Shown: positions 24,387 to 34,802 of the stretch, piece after piece | How the letters are laid out: every line of letters begins with the position of its first letter | Position numbering within the stretch: the stretch's first letter is position 1 | Source of the DNA: Candidatus Heimdallarchaeota archaeon | GTDB lineage: Archaea > Asgardarchaeota > Heimdallarchaeia > Heimdallarchaeales > Heimdallarchaeaceae | Assembly (NCBI GenBank): GCA_021399345.1 | Contig: JAAFKI010000112.1 | Span: forward strand, 64,001-128,000 | Direction of reading: 5' to 3' | Length of the DNA stretch: 64,000 nucleotides | Notes under the pieces: generated by a model | Told to the model about the DNA's origin: nothing | Seen by the model: only the letters and a program-made list of their open reading frames with translations | Databases searched by the model: none | Made by a program: the position numbers and the translations under genes

Positions 24387-25781
24387 ATGAGCAGTGAGGA
24401 ATTAGACGACTTCAGTAATTCAGTGAATAGTGACCAAAGTGTGTCTTCTCGCCAAAAAATCTACATCGGTCTTACTAAATCTGGCTCTGATATGTTTAGT
24501 GTTTTCTTTGCTGGGGCTTTGTTTGGTTTTTATGTTGATATATTACATATGAATCCTCAAAGCTATGGGATTGTTATGATTATTTTTGCCGTTTGGAATG
24601 CAATAAATGACCCTATATTTGGCTATATGTCAGATAAAAAAAGACTGGATAAAAGAGGAAAAAGAACTTTTTTCATCCGTTTATCTACACCAATCTACTT
24701 TATTGGCTATACCATGTTCTGGTTTGCATTTCCTTCATGGTCACAAACTTGGCTTTTCATTTTCCTTCTTATTTCTCTATTTATTTTTGATACTGGGTTA
24801 ACTATAGCTGGTTTGAATATAAGTGCGCTTCAAACCGATCAAACTACAAGTACTAATGAACGAACTAGAATAATGCTAATCTCTATGCTGGTTAGCTTGC
24901 TACCTGTAGGAATAGCTTCACTTGCGCCTAATCTAGTACTAACTTCAACTAAGCTTAGTAATATCGATATGTCATTGATATTTATTGCAGGAGGTATAGT
25001 TGCTGCCTTATTCATGGGTTTTGGGGCATACAAACTAAAAGAACATTCACTTGAAAAAGAAGGTACAGAACCTTTACCTATATTTGCAGCAATTAAAGAA
25101 ACCTTGAAATCAAAATCATTTATTTTCTTCGTTATTTTTTCTTTTATGATGAATGCAGTTACCCTGAATTTAGTTGCTATTATACCTCTGCACTTCAAAT
25201 ATGTATTTATGTTAAATGGAATTGAGGTACTAATCATTAGTGTTGTAACGGGTGTAGTTTATATTCCTTTATTATTTGTTTACGAGAGATTACAGAAGAA
25301 ATATGGACTAAGAAATAGTTTTTTCATAGCTATAATTCTAATGATAATAGGGTGTTTAGGCCTATTTTTCGCTAATTCTATAGTCCTCATGGCTATCTCA
25401 TATGGACTATGTTTATGGATGTCAGCACTTTGGTGGCTTTTAGTAAATCCTATGGTTGGTGACATTGCAGATGAAGATGAACTTAAAACCAATAATAGAA
25501 GAGAGGGAATGTTTTTTGGAACAAATGCACTTATCACAAAACCAGCTTCATCACTCATAATATTCGTTTTTACTGCAATAATCAAGTTTTACGGCTATGA
25601 TTCCCATTTAGATATACAATCTTCTGAAGCTCTATTTGGAATCCGTTTAGGATTAGGTATTCTTCCTCTTGCATTTTTAGTACTTGCTTTCATAGCTCTG
25701 TACTTCTATCCATTGCATGGAAAGAAATTGAAACAAGTTAAATTGAATTTGAATAATCTTCATAGTAAAAGGAAGGTTTAG
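24387..25781 (+). CDS. MFS glycoside-pentoside-hexuronide (GPH/MelB-like) transporter
   Basis: WNAINDPIFGYMSD, DIADEDELKTNNRREGMFFG and ~12 TM helices. Confidence 0.9.
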   Translation: MSSEELDDFSNSVNSDQSVSSRQKIYIGLTKSGSDMFSVFFAGALFGFYVDILHMNPQSYGIVMIIFAVWNAINDPIFGYMSDKKRLDKRGKRTFFIRLSTPIYFIGYTMFWFAFPSWSQTWLFIFLLISLFIFDTGLTIAGLNISALQTDQTTSTNERTRIMLISMLVSLLPVGIASLAPNLVLTSTKLSNIDMSLIFIAGGIVAALFMGFGAYKLKEHSLEKEGTEPLPIFAAIKETLKSKSFIFFVIFSFMMNAVTLNLVAIIPLHFKYVFMLNGIEVLIISVVTGVVYIPLLFVYERLQKKYGLRNSFFIAIILMIIGCLGLFFANSIVLMAISYGLCLWMSALWWLLVNPMVGDIADEDELKTNNRREGMFFGTNALITKPASSLIIFVFTAIIKFYGYDSHLDIQSSEALFGIRLGLGILPLAFLVLAFIALYFYPLHGKKLKQVKLNLNNLHSKRKV

Positions 25782-25795
25782 ATCTAATTACTACT

Positions 25796-26134
25796 TCATG
25801 CTTCTAAATTTGAATTTCTCTCTTTCAAAATTTCCAAAGATATCTCTAAAAGAAAGAAATCTTCAAGTTTTATCCAAGAAGTCTTAACAAGAATAGGGAA
25901 CTCGTAAGATGTAAGGGATGTACATTTGTGGTTAGAATATGAGAAAATCTCAGGATGTCCTATTTCTCCACAGAGAAGACAAATTCGCCATCTTGCTGAT
26001 GACATAGAAAGTTTTTGATAAGATTCAGAATAAAGTAATATTCCCTCTTCAAAAGGAATCTTTGACAAAATAGAACAGTATTTTTTAGCGATGGATCTTA
26101 TTAGTTCTTTTTTCCTATCGGTAATGTCCGGCAT
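25796..26134 (-). CDS. CxxCG...HxC zinc-binding family paralog 1 (unannotated; putative regulator)
   Basis: MPDITDRKKELIRSIAKKY...PFEEG...ARWRICLLCG...HKC...FPILVKTSWIKLEDFFL. Confidence 0.85.
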   Translation of the reverse strand: MPDITDRKKELIRSIAKKYCSILSKIPFEEGILLYSESYQKLSMSSARWRICLLCGEIGHPEIFSYSNHKCTSLTSYEFPILVKTSWIKLEDFFLLEISLEILKERNSNLEA

Positions 26135-26189
26135 ATTCCATCTCTCTGCATAAGGTGAAAAAAATGAAAGAAGATTCCGGATAGATTAA

Positions 26190-26468
26190 CTATTGTCTGA
26201 AATCTTCAGCTTGAAAAATTCCTAAGGGATAAATACCTTCAGTAGGTAAATTAGGTATCTTATCTATGATTGCTTTAATAGCATCAATATTTTTTGCATC
26301 CCATTGACAGAGAATCTTCATAATGTGACCTTTTTCATTTAAGATTGCCCAACTTTTAACCCAGTAAGCATCAGCAGTACAGAAAGCTTTAACTCCTTGA
26401 CCTATAGGAGTTGCAGCTTCAACAGGAGCTGGTTCTGGGAAAGGGTGTATTGCTAGAAATTTTGGCAT
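26190..26468 (-). CDS. Small DUF4242-like ferredoxin-fold protein
   Basis: MPKFLAIH...YWVKSW...ILCQWDA pattern; GGAGG RBS. Confidence 0.65.
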   Translation of the reverse strand: MPKFLAIHPFPEPAPVEAATPIGQGVKAFCTADAYWVKSWAILNEKGHIMKILCQWDAKNIDAIKAIIDKIPNLPTEGIYPLGIFQAEDFRQ

Positions 26469-26556
26469 GTTTTTTAACCTCCTAATTTTATGTTTCGATC
26501 AAATTTTCGTTTTGTTCTTTGGTGAAAAAAAAATGAAAAGGTGATTTTGCATTCTA

Positions 26557-27216
26557 TCATAGTATAGTGAACCAAATGTCGTCAGGTGGTGTTATGAAAT
26601 TGGGAATTGGCCCAGGGAATATACCCATAGGGTTCATCCAATAATATGTAACTAAGTGATATGTACCAGGTTCTAGTGCTCCAGGCTTGAACAAAGCTCC
26701 TACATTAAACCACCATAATATTGGGTCACCATGGATATCAACACCAATACCTTTCTTAAGTGGTGTATATGTCATTTCCAGTGGTTCTCCGTTTAAGGTA
26801 GCAGTGGTAGTAAACCAAGAGAGATACTCCATACATCCTTTGTTGATATTATCATATGTGAAAATAACTCCAAAATAATACCACATAATGAATTGAGCTA
26901 ATTGAAGAACATTTTCAGTTACGTAAATTGCTCCATAAATACCATGAGCATCTTCATAGTTGTAAGTCAATCCATCGTACCATGGAACAATTCTTCCTCC
27001 ATTAAATCTACCATCAAGAATTGCAGGTAATGTTTCTCTTTCAATAACATCGAACTCAGCGTTGAATGTCAAAGAATTTCCACCGTTTAGCATTGCATTG
27101 AAACTAGCTACAACGTCTCCATAAGTAACATAGTCATTTGCAGCAGCAACAGGCAGTAATCCAAAAAGTAGAATGCAAAATCCACTCAGCAAGATTACAG
27201 TTTTTTTCTTATTCAT
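26557..27216 (-). CDS. Secreted hypothetical protein; putative target of paralog 2
   Basis: Signal peptide (MNKKK + hydrophobic + AAA), GGAGG RBS and a triple operator upstream. Confidence 0.75.
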   Translation of the reverse strand: MNKKKTVILLSGFCILLFGLLPVAAANDYVTYGDVVASFNAMLNGGNSLTFNAEFDVIERETLPAILDGRFNGGRIVPWYDGLTYNYEDAHGIYGAIYVTENVLQLAQFIMWYYFGVIFTYDNINKGCMEYLSWFTTTATLNGEPLEMTYTPLKKGIGVDIHGDPILWWFNVGALFKPGALEPGTYHLVTYYWMNPMGIFPGPIPNFITPPDDIWFTIL

Positions 27217-27236
27217 TTTTTAACCTCCAAATGAAT

Positions 27237-27312
27237 ATGCAACATAACAGGACACACATATGTATCTTGTTTTGCCACATACATATGTGACAAGAATAGA
27301 CGCATATAAAAA
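27237..27312 (-). promoter_or_regulatory. TATA box followed by three tandem 21-bp palindromic operators (ATGTGWC-N7-GWCACAT-like)
   Basis: Plus-strand ATGTGACAAGAATAGACGCAT (27285-27305), ATGTATCTTGTTTTGCCACAT (27260-27280) and ATGCAACATAACAGGACACAC (27237-27257), abutting minus-strand TTTTTATA. Confidence 0.75.
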
Positions 27313-27359
27313 GTTTTCTCAAAAAAATTGCGATTCTATAAAAATAAAAGAAAGAAAAA

Positions 27360-27800
27360 TTATACTCGTTCTTTTTCAGTTGCAGGAATCTTCGTTTGTT
27401 CTGATTCCTTTGTTTCCTTTGATATTTTAGTAACCAAGGTCAGTGAGGGGAGTCTATCGATACCTGCTTCCTTCATGAAGTCCTTGTAAGTATCTGTTAA
27501 GAAGAATTCCTTTAGTTTATACCAAGAGGTTTTAATGAGAACCGGAAAATCATGCACGTCTAATAAACATTTGTGCTTTTCTAACTCTTCTCCTTCCTTT
27601 AGATCTTTCTGGGTTTTGGATTTCAGTATATCTCCACATTTTAAGCAGAATTTCCACCTTGCGGGATGTATATTTAACTTTTCATTTGTTTTCACATAGA
27701 GAATCAATCCTTCGTTAAAAGGTATCCTCCAAATAGAGACAGCATATTGTTTTGCTATCTCCCTAATCTGTGATTTTTCAGCATCAGTTATATCTGGCAA
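27360..27800 (-). CDS. CxxCG...HxC zinc-binding family paralog 2
   Basis: TTG start at 27800 gives the family N-terminus (M)PDITDAEKSQIREIAKQYA; ARWKFCLKCG...HKC...FPVLIKTSWYKLKEFFL. Confidence 0.88.
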   Translation of the reverse strand: MPDITDAEKSQIREIAKQYAVSIWRIPFNEGLILYVKTNEKLNIHPARWKFCLKCGDILKSKTQKDLKEGEELEKHKCLLDVHDFPVLIKTSWYKLKEFFLTDTYKDFMKEAGIDRLPSLTLVTKISKETKESEQTKIPATEKERV

Positions 27801-27818
27801 TGAAAATCCTACTCCTAC

Positions 27819-27847
27819 GTGTACTAGAATCTGACACATATAATAAA
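27819..27847 (-). promoter_or_regulatory. Promoter of paralog 2 with an operator next to the TATA box
   Basis: Minus strand: TTTATTAT then ATGTGTCAGATTCTAGTACAC (27839-27819). Confidence 0.7.
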
Positions 27848-27959
27848 TCTTCTGTATAACTTAGGTTTAATGATCTAGTAAGTAAATTATCTCAAATTAT
27901 TGGAAAGTATTATAAAACCTGGTGAGTTAATATTGTGATTAAACAGTTGATAGAGCAAG

Positions 27960-29882
27960 ATGAAAGGAATTTTCGTTAAAGAGTTAGAAGAGATAGAATC
28001 GCTCATAGATAAGGGAAAGTATAACGTGGCTTTAGAGCATATTGATTCAACATCATCTCAGGAAGCAATTTCTGCAGTGGAGAAGACAAAATGTACTATT
28101 TTTAGATATCGGGTATATTCTGAATTAGCTAAGTATGCTGAAGCTATAAAGCTTGGTGAAAAAGCCTTTGAGGAAAGCCAAAAACTAAATAATAAACACC
28201 TAATGTTTGATTCACTCGTATATTTTCCTTACATTTACTTTATTGCTGGAGAATATGAATTGAGAAAGGAAAAAGTTAAACTTGCAGGTCAAATACTTGA
28301 ATCAATTGAAGATAAAGATTCTTCAGATTATTTTCTCAGAAAAGCTATATTTCTAACTATGAAAAGTGATAGTTTTGAACAAGCTATAGAAAATCTTGAA
28401 GAAAGTATTGAAATCTCTAAGAAATTTGGATTTGATAGAATATTAGTTGATTCATACCATACGCAAGCTTGTACTTATCTTTGGTCTGGAGGAATCACAA
28501 AATCTCTTAAACTAAATCAACAAGCATTAGGTCTTGCTGAAGAAATAGATTACTACTGGGGAATCACCAGTGCTATGTTTTCTTTAGCCGTTACCTATTT
28601 GCATAAAGGGGAATTAGAACAAGCCCTGGATTATTTCTTGCAAACAAAAACGCTAATTGAAGAAGGTGATGACTTATATTTTATAGCCTGCTTGTATTTG
28701 GATCTAGGTTATTTATATTGGTTAAAAAGAGATCTTAAATCCTCACTTGATTATTATAAGAAATCTGTTTCCACTTTTAAAGAAGCTAAAGTTGTAAGTA
28801 CACGTCATTTACCATGGACTCTATTCCGAATGAATTTAGTTCTTATTGAAATGGAACATTATGATGAAGCACTCAAGAATATTGAACAGATTGAGCTCTT
28901 ATTCCTAATGAAAGATACTCCTGTTTTCAAACTATTCTACCATCTTGCAAAAGCTGTTTTTCTTAAAACAAAAACAGATGATGATTGTTGGAATGAAGCT
29001 ACACTTCTTCTCGAGGAAGTTGCTGATGAAGAACTTGTTTATCTTGAGTTAAATGGTTTAGTAATCTTCCATCTATGTGATGTATATCTAAAGAAAATAC
29101 AAACTTCAAATGATTTGGATGCATTTGGGAAACTAAAAAATAGGATACAAGAGTTAGCAGAAATGGCTAGAGAGCAAAAATCTGTCATTCTGCTTGTTCA
29201 ATCTCTCTTGTTGCAATCAAAGCTAGAACTAATTGATTTAGACATTGAAAAAAGCCAATCGCTATTAGGAAAAGCACAATCTATTGCAGAGGAAAAAGGA
29301 CTTACTAAACTTGCTAAGGTTGTTTCAAATGAATTTGATATTCTCTTAGATCAATTGAGTACTTGGGAAGATATGTCAACGTATTTACCAAGCTTAGAAG
29401 AAAGGTTTGAATTTACTCATATTGAAAATTATCTAAACAAAATGATGAGAGACTATATTATACATGAAAGCATTGTTGATGAAGAAGAAGCACCAGTATT
29501 TTTCTTACTGCTGAATAAGGAAGGAGTCATTCTGTTTTCTGAGAAATTCAATGAAGTATCTCTGGAAGGTGAATTACTTGGAGAAATATTATCATTTATC
29601 AATAGACTCAATTCAAGATCAATGTTTCCGTCTGAAACAACCAAGAGGATAAAACATAAAAATTATACAGTTGCGATTAATGCTCAAGAAGACATATTTC
29701 TAGTATATGCTTTCATTGGAAAATCTTATCATGCTTTGCAGAGAATAAATTCCCTCATCAAGGAATTTCGCACTTTTACAAGTGGGTGGCAGGAGTTTTT
29801 TGGTAAACTAAAGAACAAGGAAGAGTTGTCTTATTCTGATAGAAAACAATTATCTGAATACCTAGAAGGTGTTTTTTTCTAA
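27960..29882 (+). CDS. TPR-repeat protein with a C-terminal longin/roadblock-like domain (paralog A)
   Basis: TPR motifs (LAVTYLHKGELEQALDYF, LGYLYWLKRDLKSSLDYYKKS), conserved SNEFDILLDQLSTW, and a C-terminal PVFFLLLN...YAFIGKSY alpha/beta domain. Confidence 0.8.
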   Translation: MKGIFVKELEEIESLIDKGKYNVALEHIDSTSSQEAISAVEKTKCTIFRYRVYSELAKYAEAIKLGEKAFEESQKLNNKHLMFDSLVYFPYIYFIAGEYELRKEKVKLAGQILESIEDKDSSDYFLRKAIFLTMKSDSFEQAIENLEESIEISKKFGFDRILVDSYHTQACTYLWSGGITKSLKLNQQALGLAEEIDYYWGITSAMFSLAVTYLHKGELEQALDYFLQTKTLIEEGDDLYFIACLYLDLGYLYWLKRDLKSSLDYYKKSVSTFKEAKVVSTRHLPWTLFRMNLVLIEMEHYDEALKNIEQIELLFLMKDTPVFKLFYHLAKAVFLKTKTDDDCWNEATLLLEEVADEELVYLELNGLVIFHLCDVYLKKIQTSNDLDAFGKLKNRIQELAEMAREQKSVILLVQSLLLQSKLELIDLDIEKSQSLLGKAQSIAEEKGLTKLAKVVSNEFDILLDQLSTWEDMSTYLPSLEERFEFTHIENYLNKMMRDYIIHESIVDEEEAPVFFLLLNKEGVILFSEKFNEVSLEGELLGEILSFINRLNSRSMFPSETTKRIKHKNYTVAINAQEDIFLVYAFIGKSYHALQRINSLIKEFRTFTSGWQEFFGKLKNKEELSYSDRKQLSEYLEGVFF

Positions 29883-29915
29883 ATATAAAAATAATCAAAA
29901 CGTTATTCCAAGAAA

Positions 29916-32054
29916 TTAAATAAGATATTGTTTAACAAGTGATGATAATTGAATCCTAGTTTCTAAATCGATGTTTTTCTTATTTAGCACAAAATCATTC
30001 AGAGTATTTGTGATGTCAGAATCTGAGAAATAATCCACGAATCGGGTAAATTTCTGTTTAGCTAAAAATGATTTGCCAACAAAAACATAACAGAGGAATA
30101 ATCCTTGAGATTTCGATAAAATACACATAAATTCACGAAATTTAATTCGAATTATAGAAACATCAGTTTCTAATAGTTCTCTTCTTTCTAGAATCTTAGG
30201 ATATAAATCTGAAAATTTGGTTTCCTCTAAAGTTCTAGATGAGAATGAATCTGAAAATTCTATTCTCCCCTCATTATTAAAAATTATAAAGAAAATAGGT
30301 TGTTCTTTTTCGATTATAACATCCGTGTAGTTAACCCATCTAGTCATCACTTTACTCAGAATCTCCTCAATGTGAGTTGTTTCAAAACGTTCTTCCAAAG
30401 AAGGCAAACGATCGGAAAGGTCATCCCAGACATCTAATTGTTCCAGAAGAACATCATATTCGTTAGAAATAAGTATCTCTAGTCTCTTCAATCCTTTTTC
30501 ATTTGCTAGTTTTTGAGCTTCTTCAAGTACATTTAACGAATCTTCAACATTGAACTCTAATATAAATAATTTAGATTGTAAGAAATATAATTCTATTAAT
30601 AATAAGAAGTTTTGATTACTTTCCGCTATATAGGAAAGATTCTTGATATTTTGTTTTAATTCTCCAATTAGTTTCATGTCCTTAGTATCTTTAAATTGTT
30701 CAAGTAAAATATCACAAAGATAAAGGTAGGATTTCTCTGTTGCTTTAAAGAACGAAATTTGATCTTCAATCACTTTTTCAAAAATCTCTTTAGCTTTTGG
30801 TTGATTCTCTTTATTATATCTTAGAAAGATAGCCTGACTAACTTGATAATAAATGGATATCCTCTTATTTGGATTTGACTCATTAAGTTTAGCTAGCTCA
30901 AACAAGTATTCTTCTGCTTTTACAAAATTTCTTTGTTCAGCATAAAATGTAATTAGGTTGAAATAAGCCATCGCAACATGAATAGTACATTCATATTTTT
31001 GTCTAAATTCTAAGCTTTTCTTACTATATTCTATTGCTTGATCCAATTCTCCTTTTTGATAAAAAGTTTCTCCGAGATAGCCGTAAGCATCTCCCAAAGT
31101 AAGAAATTGTTTTGAATCGTGAAAAGCTTCCAGAACAAACTGATAGTTTTCTAGAGCTTCTGAAAGATTTCCATGGTAATAGTTTTTACACCCTCTGAGC
31201 AATTGTCTCCACCCCACATAAGAATCGCTACTTAATCCTTTCTCATAAAGAATAGCCAACTCTTCATATTTTGAGCTATTAATCATGTCTCCACTATGAA
31301 CATAAGCAAAACTCAAATGTATCATTGAATGCCATTTTCTATATTGAGAGGTAGATTCTTTTGCGTATTCTAAGTATTGAAGACCATAATCTATTGCTAT
31401 TTTAAAGAATCCCTTTTCAGTATAAGCATACCTAAAGCAAGCTAAAGATCTCATTATTAGCTCTTTATAATTGAGTTTTTTAGCAAGTAAATGCAATTCT
31501 TGAGATTTCTCTATAGATTTATCAGAATCACCCACATACATCAATGACCAACATAAATCATTCAAAAATTCTGAATAATAGAACTCTTCATTGAAATCTC
31601 TTATTATATTCAGAATTGTTTCTAAATAGTGGTTAAAAAGAGAGAATTGGATATTATACTTATATTGAAATTTTGTTTTTGCTTTTAACAAGATAATACA
31701 TTTATGTCTTACTTCTTTTGATTGCTTTTTTAGCAAGTTTCTTGTTTTTAGTTGTAAAGTTTCAGGAATTTTGGAACTAGAATCCATTAATTCAATAATT
31801 TCTAATTCCATTGGTGGAGCAATATCTTCTAGAAGTTTATTTGTCTCAGCTGTTAATTCATCTCTGTCTCCAAAAAAATCAACTCTATCGATTAGAAGCA
31901 TTCGCAAGATTAATGTTTCAAGCCTTTGAAAAGGGGTTATTCTGTCATTCTCTTCAATTTCTTTTATTAAGATTGAAAAGCTCCTGTGTTTTTCACTAAT
32001 CAAGAACTTCTTAGCTAATTGTAAATTAGATTGTAGAGACGGCATTTGAAACAT
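29916..32054 (-). CDS. TPR-repeat protein with a C-terminal longin/roadblock-like domain (paralog B)
   Basis: LGETFYQKGELDQAIEYSKKSL, SNEYDVLLEQLDVW and PIFFIIFN...YVFVGKSF. Confidence 0.8.
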   Translation of the reverse strand: MFQMPSLQSNLQLAKKFLISEKHRSFSILIKEIEENDRITPFQRLETLILRMLLIDRVDFFGDRDELTAETNKLLEDIAPPMELEIIELMDSSSKIPETLQLKTRNLLKKQSKEVRHKCIILLKAKTKFQYKYNIQFSLFNHYLETILNIIRDFNEEFYYSEFLNDLCWSLMYVGDSDKSIEKSQELHLLAKKLNYKELIMRSLACFRYAYTEKGFFKIAIDYGLQYLEYAKESTSQYRKWHSMIHLSFAYVHSGDMINSSKYEELAILYEKGLSSDSYVGWRQLLRGCKNYYHGNLSEALENYQFVLEAFHDSKQFLTLGDAYGYLGETFYQKGELDQAIEYSKKSLEFRQKYECTIHVAMAYFNLITFYAEQRNFVKAEEYLFELAKLNESNPNKRISIYYQVSQAIFLRYNKENQPKAKEIFEKVIEDQISFFKATEKSYLYLCDILLEQFKDTKDMKLIGELKQNIKNLSYIAESNQNFLLLIELYFLQSKLFILEFNVEDSLNVLEEAQKLANEKGLKRLEILISNEYDVLLEQLDVWDDLSDRLPSLEERFETTHIEEILSKVMTRWVNYTDVIIEKEQPIFFIIFNNEGRIEFSDSFSSRTLEETKFSDLYPKILERRELLETDVSIIRIKFREFMCILSKSQGLFLCYVFVGKSFLAKQKFTRFVDYFSDSDITNTLNDFVLNKKNIDLETRIQLSSLVKQYLI

Positions 32055-32186
32055 CCAAATTAGAGATTTAACACGTTAAATACATTTTTGCATATAAATT
32101 TCTTATGCTTAAGAATCAGTACTTACATGAATCAAAACTAAATCTTCAGAAATATAAACAAAAAAAGGAAAAATGAAGGTATTGGA

Positions 32187-33530
32187 CTATTTCTTCCTAC
32201 TTCTTCTAATTACTAGAATTATTATAGAAATTGAGGTTAGGAAAAATACTAAACCAATCTTTTGTGAAAGCTCAGGGACTATAAGGGGGGTTCCTAGAGG
32301 ATAAGGGTCAACAGAACTGGCTGTTCCAGCAATGACATAATCTCCGCCGTACCAGTTATTCCACCAGTTTCCTTCGTTGGTAGTAGTATCAAACCAAATG
32401 TTGTTAGCTCCAGAATCACTTGCTTGAGAATTTCCAATATTATTATCTATGAAATGATTATGGTGGATAATTATATTAGAAACAGCAACATCAAGAACTA
32501 TACCAAAGCTTGGGTGCTGTTGAATAGTATTGTAGGTTATATTGGTGTTAATTGTACTTTGCAATTCTAATCCAAAGACCTCACTTCCAATAAAGGAATT
32601 ATTTGAGATTTGAAGATTTTCAGAATTAATAACAAGAAGGTTATTTTTTTCATTTGCTTCAAAGGTATTGTTAATTATATCTGCATAGGAGACAATATTC
32701 ATAAATATACCCGCAATTTCCCAATGTTCGAAATCAGGAAGTCCATCCATTGCTATGTTCTTCACTATGTTTTCTTTAACCAAAATTCTATCAGAATTTG
32801 TTATATAAATCCCTGCGAAGAGAGTACTTTCTTCAAGATTCATATAGTTCTCTGTAATGTTAGTGTCTGAGCAATCATAAACAAATATTACTGAATAATC
32901 TTCGGGGTCATCGCTATATTTAAGATAATTTCCAGGTTCTTCTGGGTTTGATCGAAGTTCGTTTTCAAAGTTGTTTTTGAATGTCAAGCTTGGAGGAACT
33001 AGTTTGTAAATATCATTGTTTTTTATTCTTGAATTAGTACAATTTTTCAGAATGATACCCTTAACATATACGAGAGTATTATCCTCAATTACTGTACCTT
33101 TAGAATCTTCAACATAAATGCCGTTTCCTAATAGCATTAAATTGTTGTTAATTATCTTAGCCGTGTTACTTTTAACATTTTCAATTAATATTCCAGATAA
33201 TGTTGAACTAACTCCTAATCGGGAAATCTCGTTGTTTCTAATTTCAAAGTATTTTGTTGTATTTGCAACAGTAATTCCAGATTCACCTTCCCCCACCTCA
33301 ATATCTTTACCTTGTATGATGTATGGATGTGTTTCATTTCCATATCCAGGATAGCTAGCAAAATCTGAATCATCGTCAATCAATATAATAGGATCAGCCT
33401 TTATAGAGGGCAAAAGATCATTTTGAGAAAAAGCATTAGTGGTGGTAATCATATTACTAGGGAGAAGAAATAACAGAAGTAGTATAGAAAAAATTGTTAT
33501 TGATAGTATTTTTTTATTTTTCATTTTCAC
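32187..33530 (-). CDS. Surface NosD-like parallel beta-helix protein with a VPE-TM-basic C-terminal anchor; putative target of paralog 3
   Basis: Signal peptide, PGYGNETHPYII, GNWWNNW and IVPEL...TM...RRSRKK. Confidence 0.82.
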   Translation of the reverse strand: MKMKNKKILSITIFSILLLLFLLPSNMITTTNAFSQNDLLPSIKADPIILIDDDSDFASYPGYGNETHPYIIQGKDIEVGEGESGITVANTTKYFEIRNNEISRLGVSSTLSGILIENVKSNTAKIINNNLMLLGNGIYVEDSKGTVIEDNTLVYVKGIILKNCTNSRIKNNDIYKLVPPSLTFKNNFENELRSNPEEPGNYLKYSDDPEDYSVIFVYDCSDTNITENYMNLEESTLFAGIYITNSDRILVKENIVKNIAMDGLPDFEHWEIAGIFMNIVSYADIINNTFEANEKNNLLVINSENLQISNNSFIGSEVFGLELQSTINTNITYNTIQQHPSFGIVLDVAVSNIIIHHNHFIDNNIGNSQASDSGANNIWFDTTTNEGNWWNNWYGGDYVIAGTASSVDPYPLGTPLIVPELSQKIGLVFFLTSISIIILVIRRSRKK

Positions 33531-33539
33531 ACCTTAGTT

Positions 33540-33587
33540 TTGTAACTTTTTTGTCACACCCTATGTAATGTATTTGCTACATATAAG
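33540..33587 (-). promoter_or_regulatory. TATA box followed by two 20-bp palindromic operators (ATGTRAC-N6-GTYACAT-like)
   Basis: Plus-strand ATGTAATGTATTTGCTACAT (33563-33582) and TTGTAACTTTTTTGTCACAC (33540-33559), abutting minus-strand CTTATAT. Confidence 0.72.
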
Positions 33588-33632
33588 TATTTTGTAGAAT
33601 AGGTAAACGAAAAGTAAATATAAAAGATTCGT

Positions 33633-34073
33633 TCATTTAGATTCTTCGGATATTGCTTCAGAAACTTCTGTTTTGATCGCTTCGGCTTTAACTTGTTTAA
33701 CAACAATTTTAAGTTTAGGTATCTCAGATAATCCAATCTCTTTTAGAATCTTATTGTGTTGCTTTTGGATTAGGAAGAATTTTCGTAGTTGAAACCATGA
33801 GGTTTTTACTAATAAAGGGACATCTTCAAATTCCAAAATGCAAGAATGATTGATTGTTTCATCCTTAGTTTTTGTATCTCTACCTAGAGTAGTTTTGAGA
33901 ATCAAACCACATTTAAAACAATATCTCCATCTTGCGGGATGAATAAACAGTTCGTTGTTTGTTTTAACATATGCTACAATACCTTTATCAAAAGGGATAG
34001 TCCAAAGCTCTTGAGCATATTTTTTCGCTATTTCCCGAATTTCAGATTTATCTGAAGCAAGTATATCTGGCAT
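33633..34073 (-). CDS. CxxCG...HxC zinc-binding family paralog 3
   Basis: MPDILASDKSEIREIAKKYA...ARWRYCFKCG...HSC...VPLLVKTSWFQLRKFFL. Confidence 0.88.
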   Translation of the reverse strand: MPDILASDKSEIREIAKKYAQELWTIPFDKGIVAYVKTNNELFIHPARWRYCFKCGLILKTTLGRDTKTKDETINHSCILEFEDVPLLVKTSWFQLRKFFLIQKQHNKILKEIGLSEIPKLKIVVKQVKAEAIKTEVSEAISEESK

Positions 34074-34095
34074 GAGAATCACTCTTCTGTTGAGG

Positions 34096-34121
34096 GTGTA
34101 CTAGAACAAGTTACATATAAG
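34096..34121 (-). promoter_or_regulatory. Promoter of paralog 3 with an operator half-site next to the TATA box
   Basis: Minus strand: CTTAT-ATGTAACTTGTTCTAGTACAC. The left half ATGTAAC matches the 33540-33582 sites. Confidence 0.7.
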
Positions 34122-34196
34122 TTTTCTTTTATCTGAAAAAACCTCTTTTTGAATCCATTGGAGTAGATTTAAGAAATAATATGCAATAACTGTTAT

Positions 34197-34742
34197 TTGG
34201 TAAAAATGTCACTTCATGATAGAGTAGAATTTTGGTTTATTTCCTTTATTCACGATAAATTATATAGTCTTTCTATGAACCCAAAAAAACTCTTGTTGCC
34301 TGCAGGTTTAAAAGAAGGAGATAATGTTCTTGAAGTAGGGTGTGGTCCAGGATTTTTCACATTACCATCTGCAGAAATTGTTGGTGACAAAGGGTTCATT
34401 TATGCTATAGATATCAATCCTTTTGCTATTAGAAAGGTTAAGAAAAAAATCGCTAAAGCTGGTGTTAAGAATGTTAAAGCTATGATTGTTGATGTAACTG
34501 AAACAACTTTGAAGGATTCCAGTATAGATATAGCTTTCTTCTTTGGTGTTATTCATTCATTATATAGTATCATTGATAGGGTCATATTAGAAATGCATAG
34601 AATCTTGAAGGACGAAGGGATAATTGCTATCCAGAAGTCAGGAAAGTCTAAGGATTGTTTGGTAGACATCATAACACAGAATAATAAGTTCAAGTTCATA
34701 GAGGAAAAAAAGAGCGTGTTAGTATTTCAAAAAATAGAATAG
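34197..34742 (+). CDS. Class I SAM-dependent methyltransferase
   Basis: VLEVGCGPG and YAIDINP. Confidence 0.9.
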   Translation: MVKMSLHDRVEFWFISFIHDKLYSLSMNPKKLLLPAGLKEGDNVLEVGCGPGFFTLPSAEIVGDKGFIYAIDINPFAIRKVKKKIAKAGVKNVKAMIVDVTETTLKDSSIDIAFFFGVIHSLYSIIDRVILEMHRILKDEGIIAIQKSGKSKDCLVDIITQNNKFKFIEEKKSVLVFQKIE

Positions 34743-34802
34743 AAAAAGAGAGTAAATTAGCTCAGTTTATTCTGGAATTATTTAAAAAAAAAGATAGAAG
34801 AA

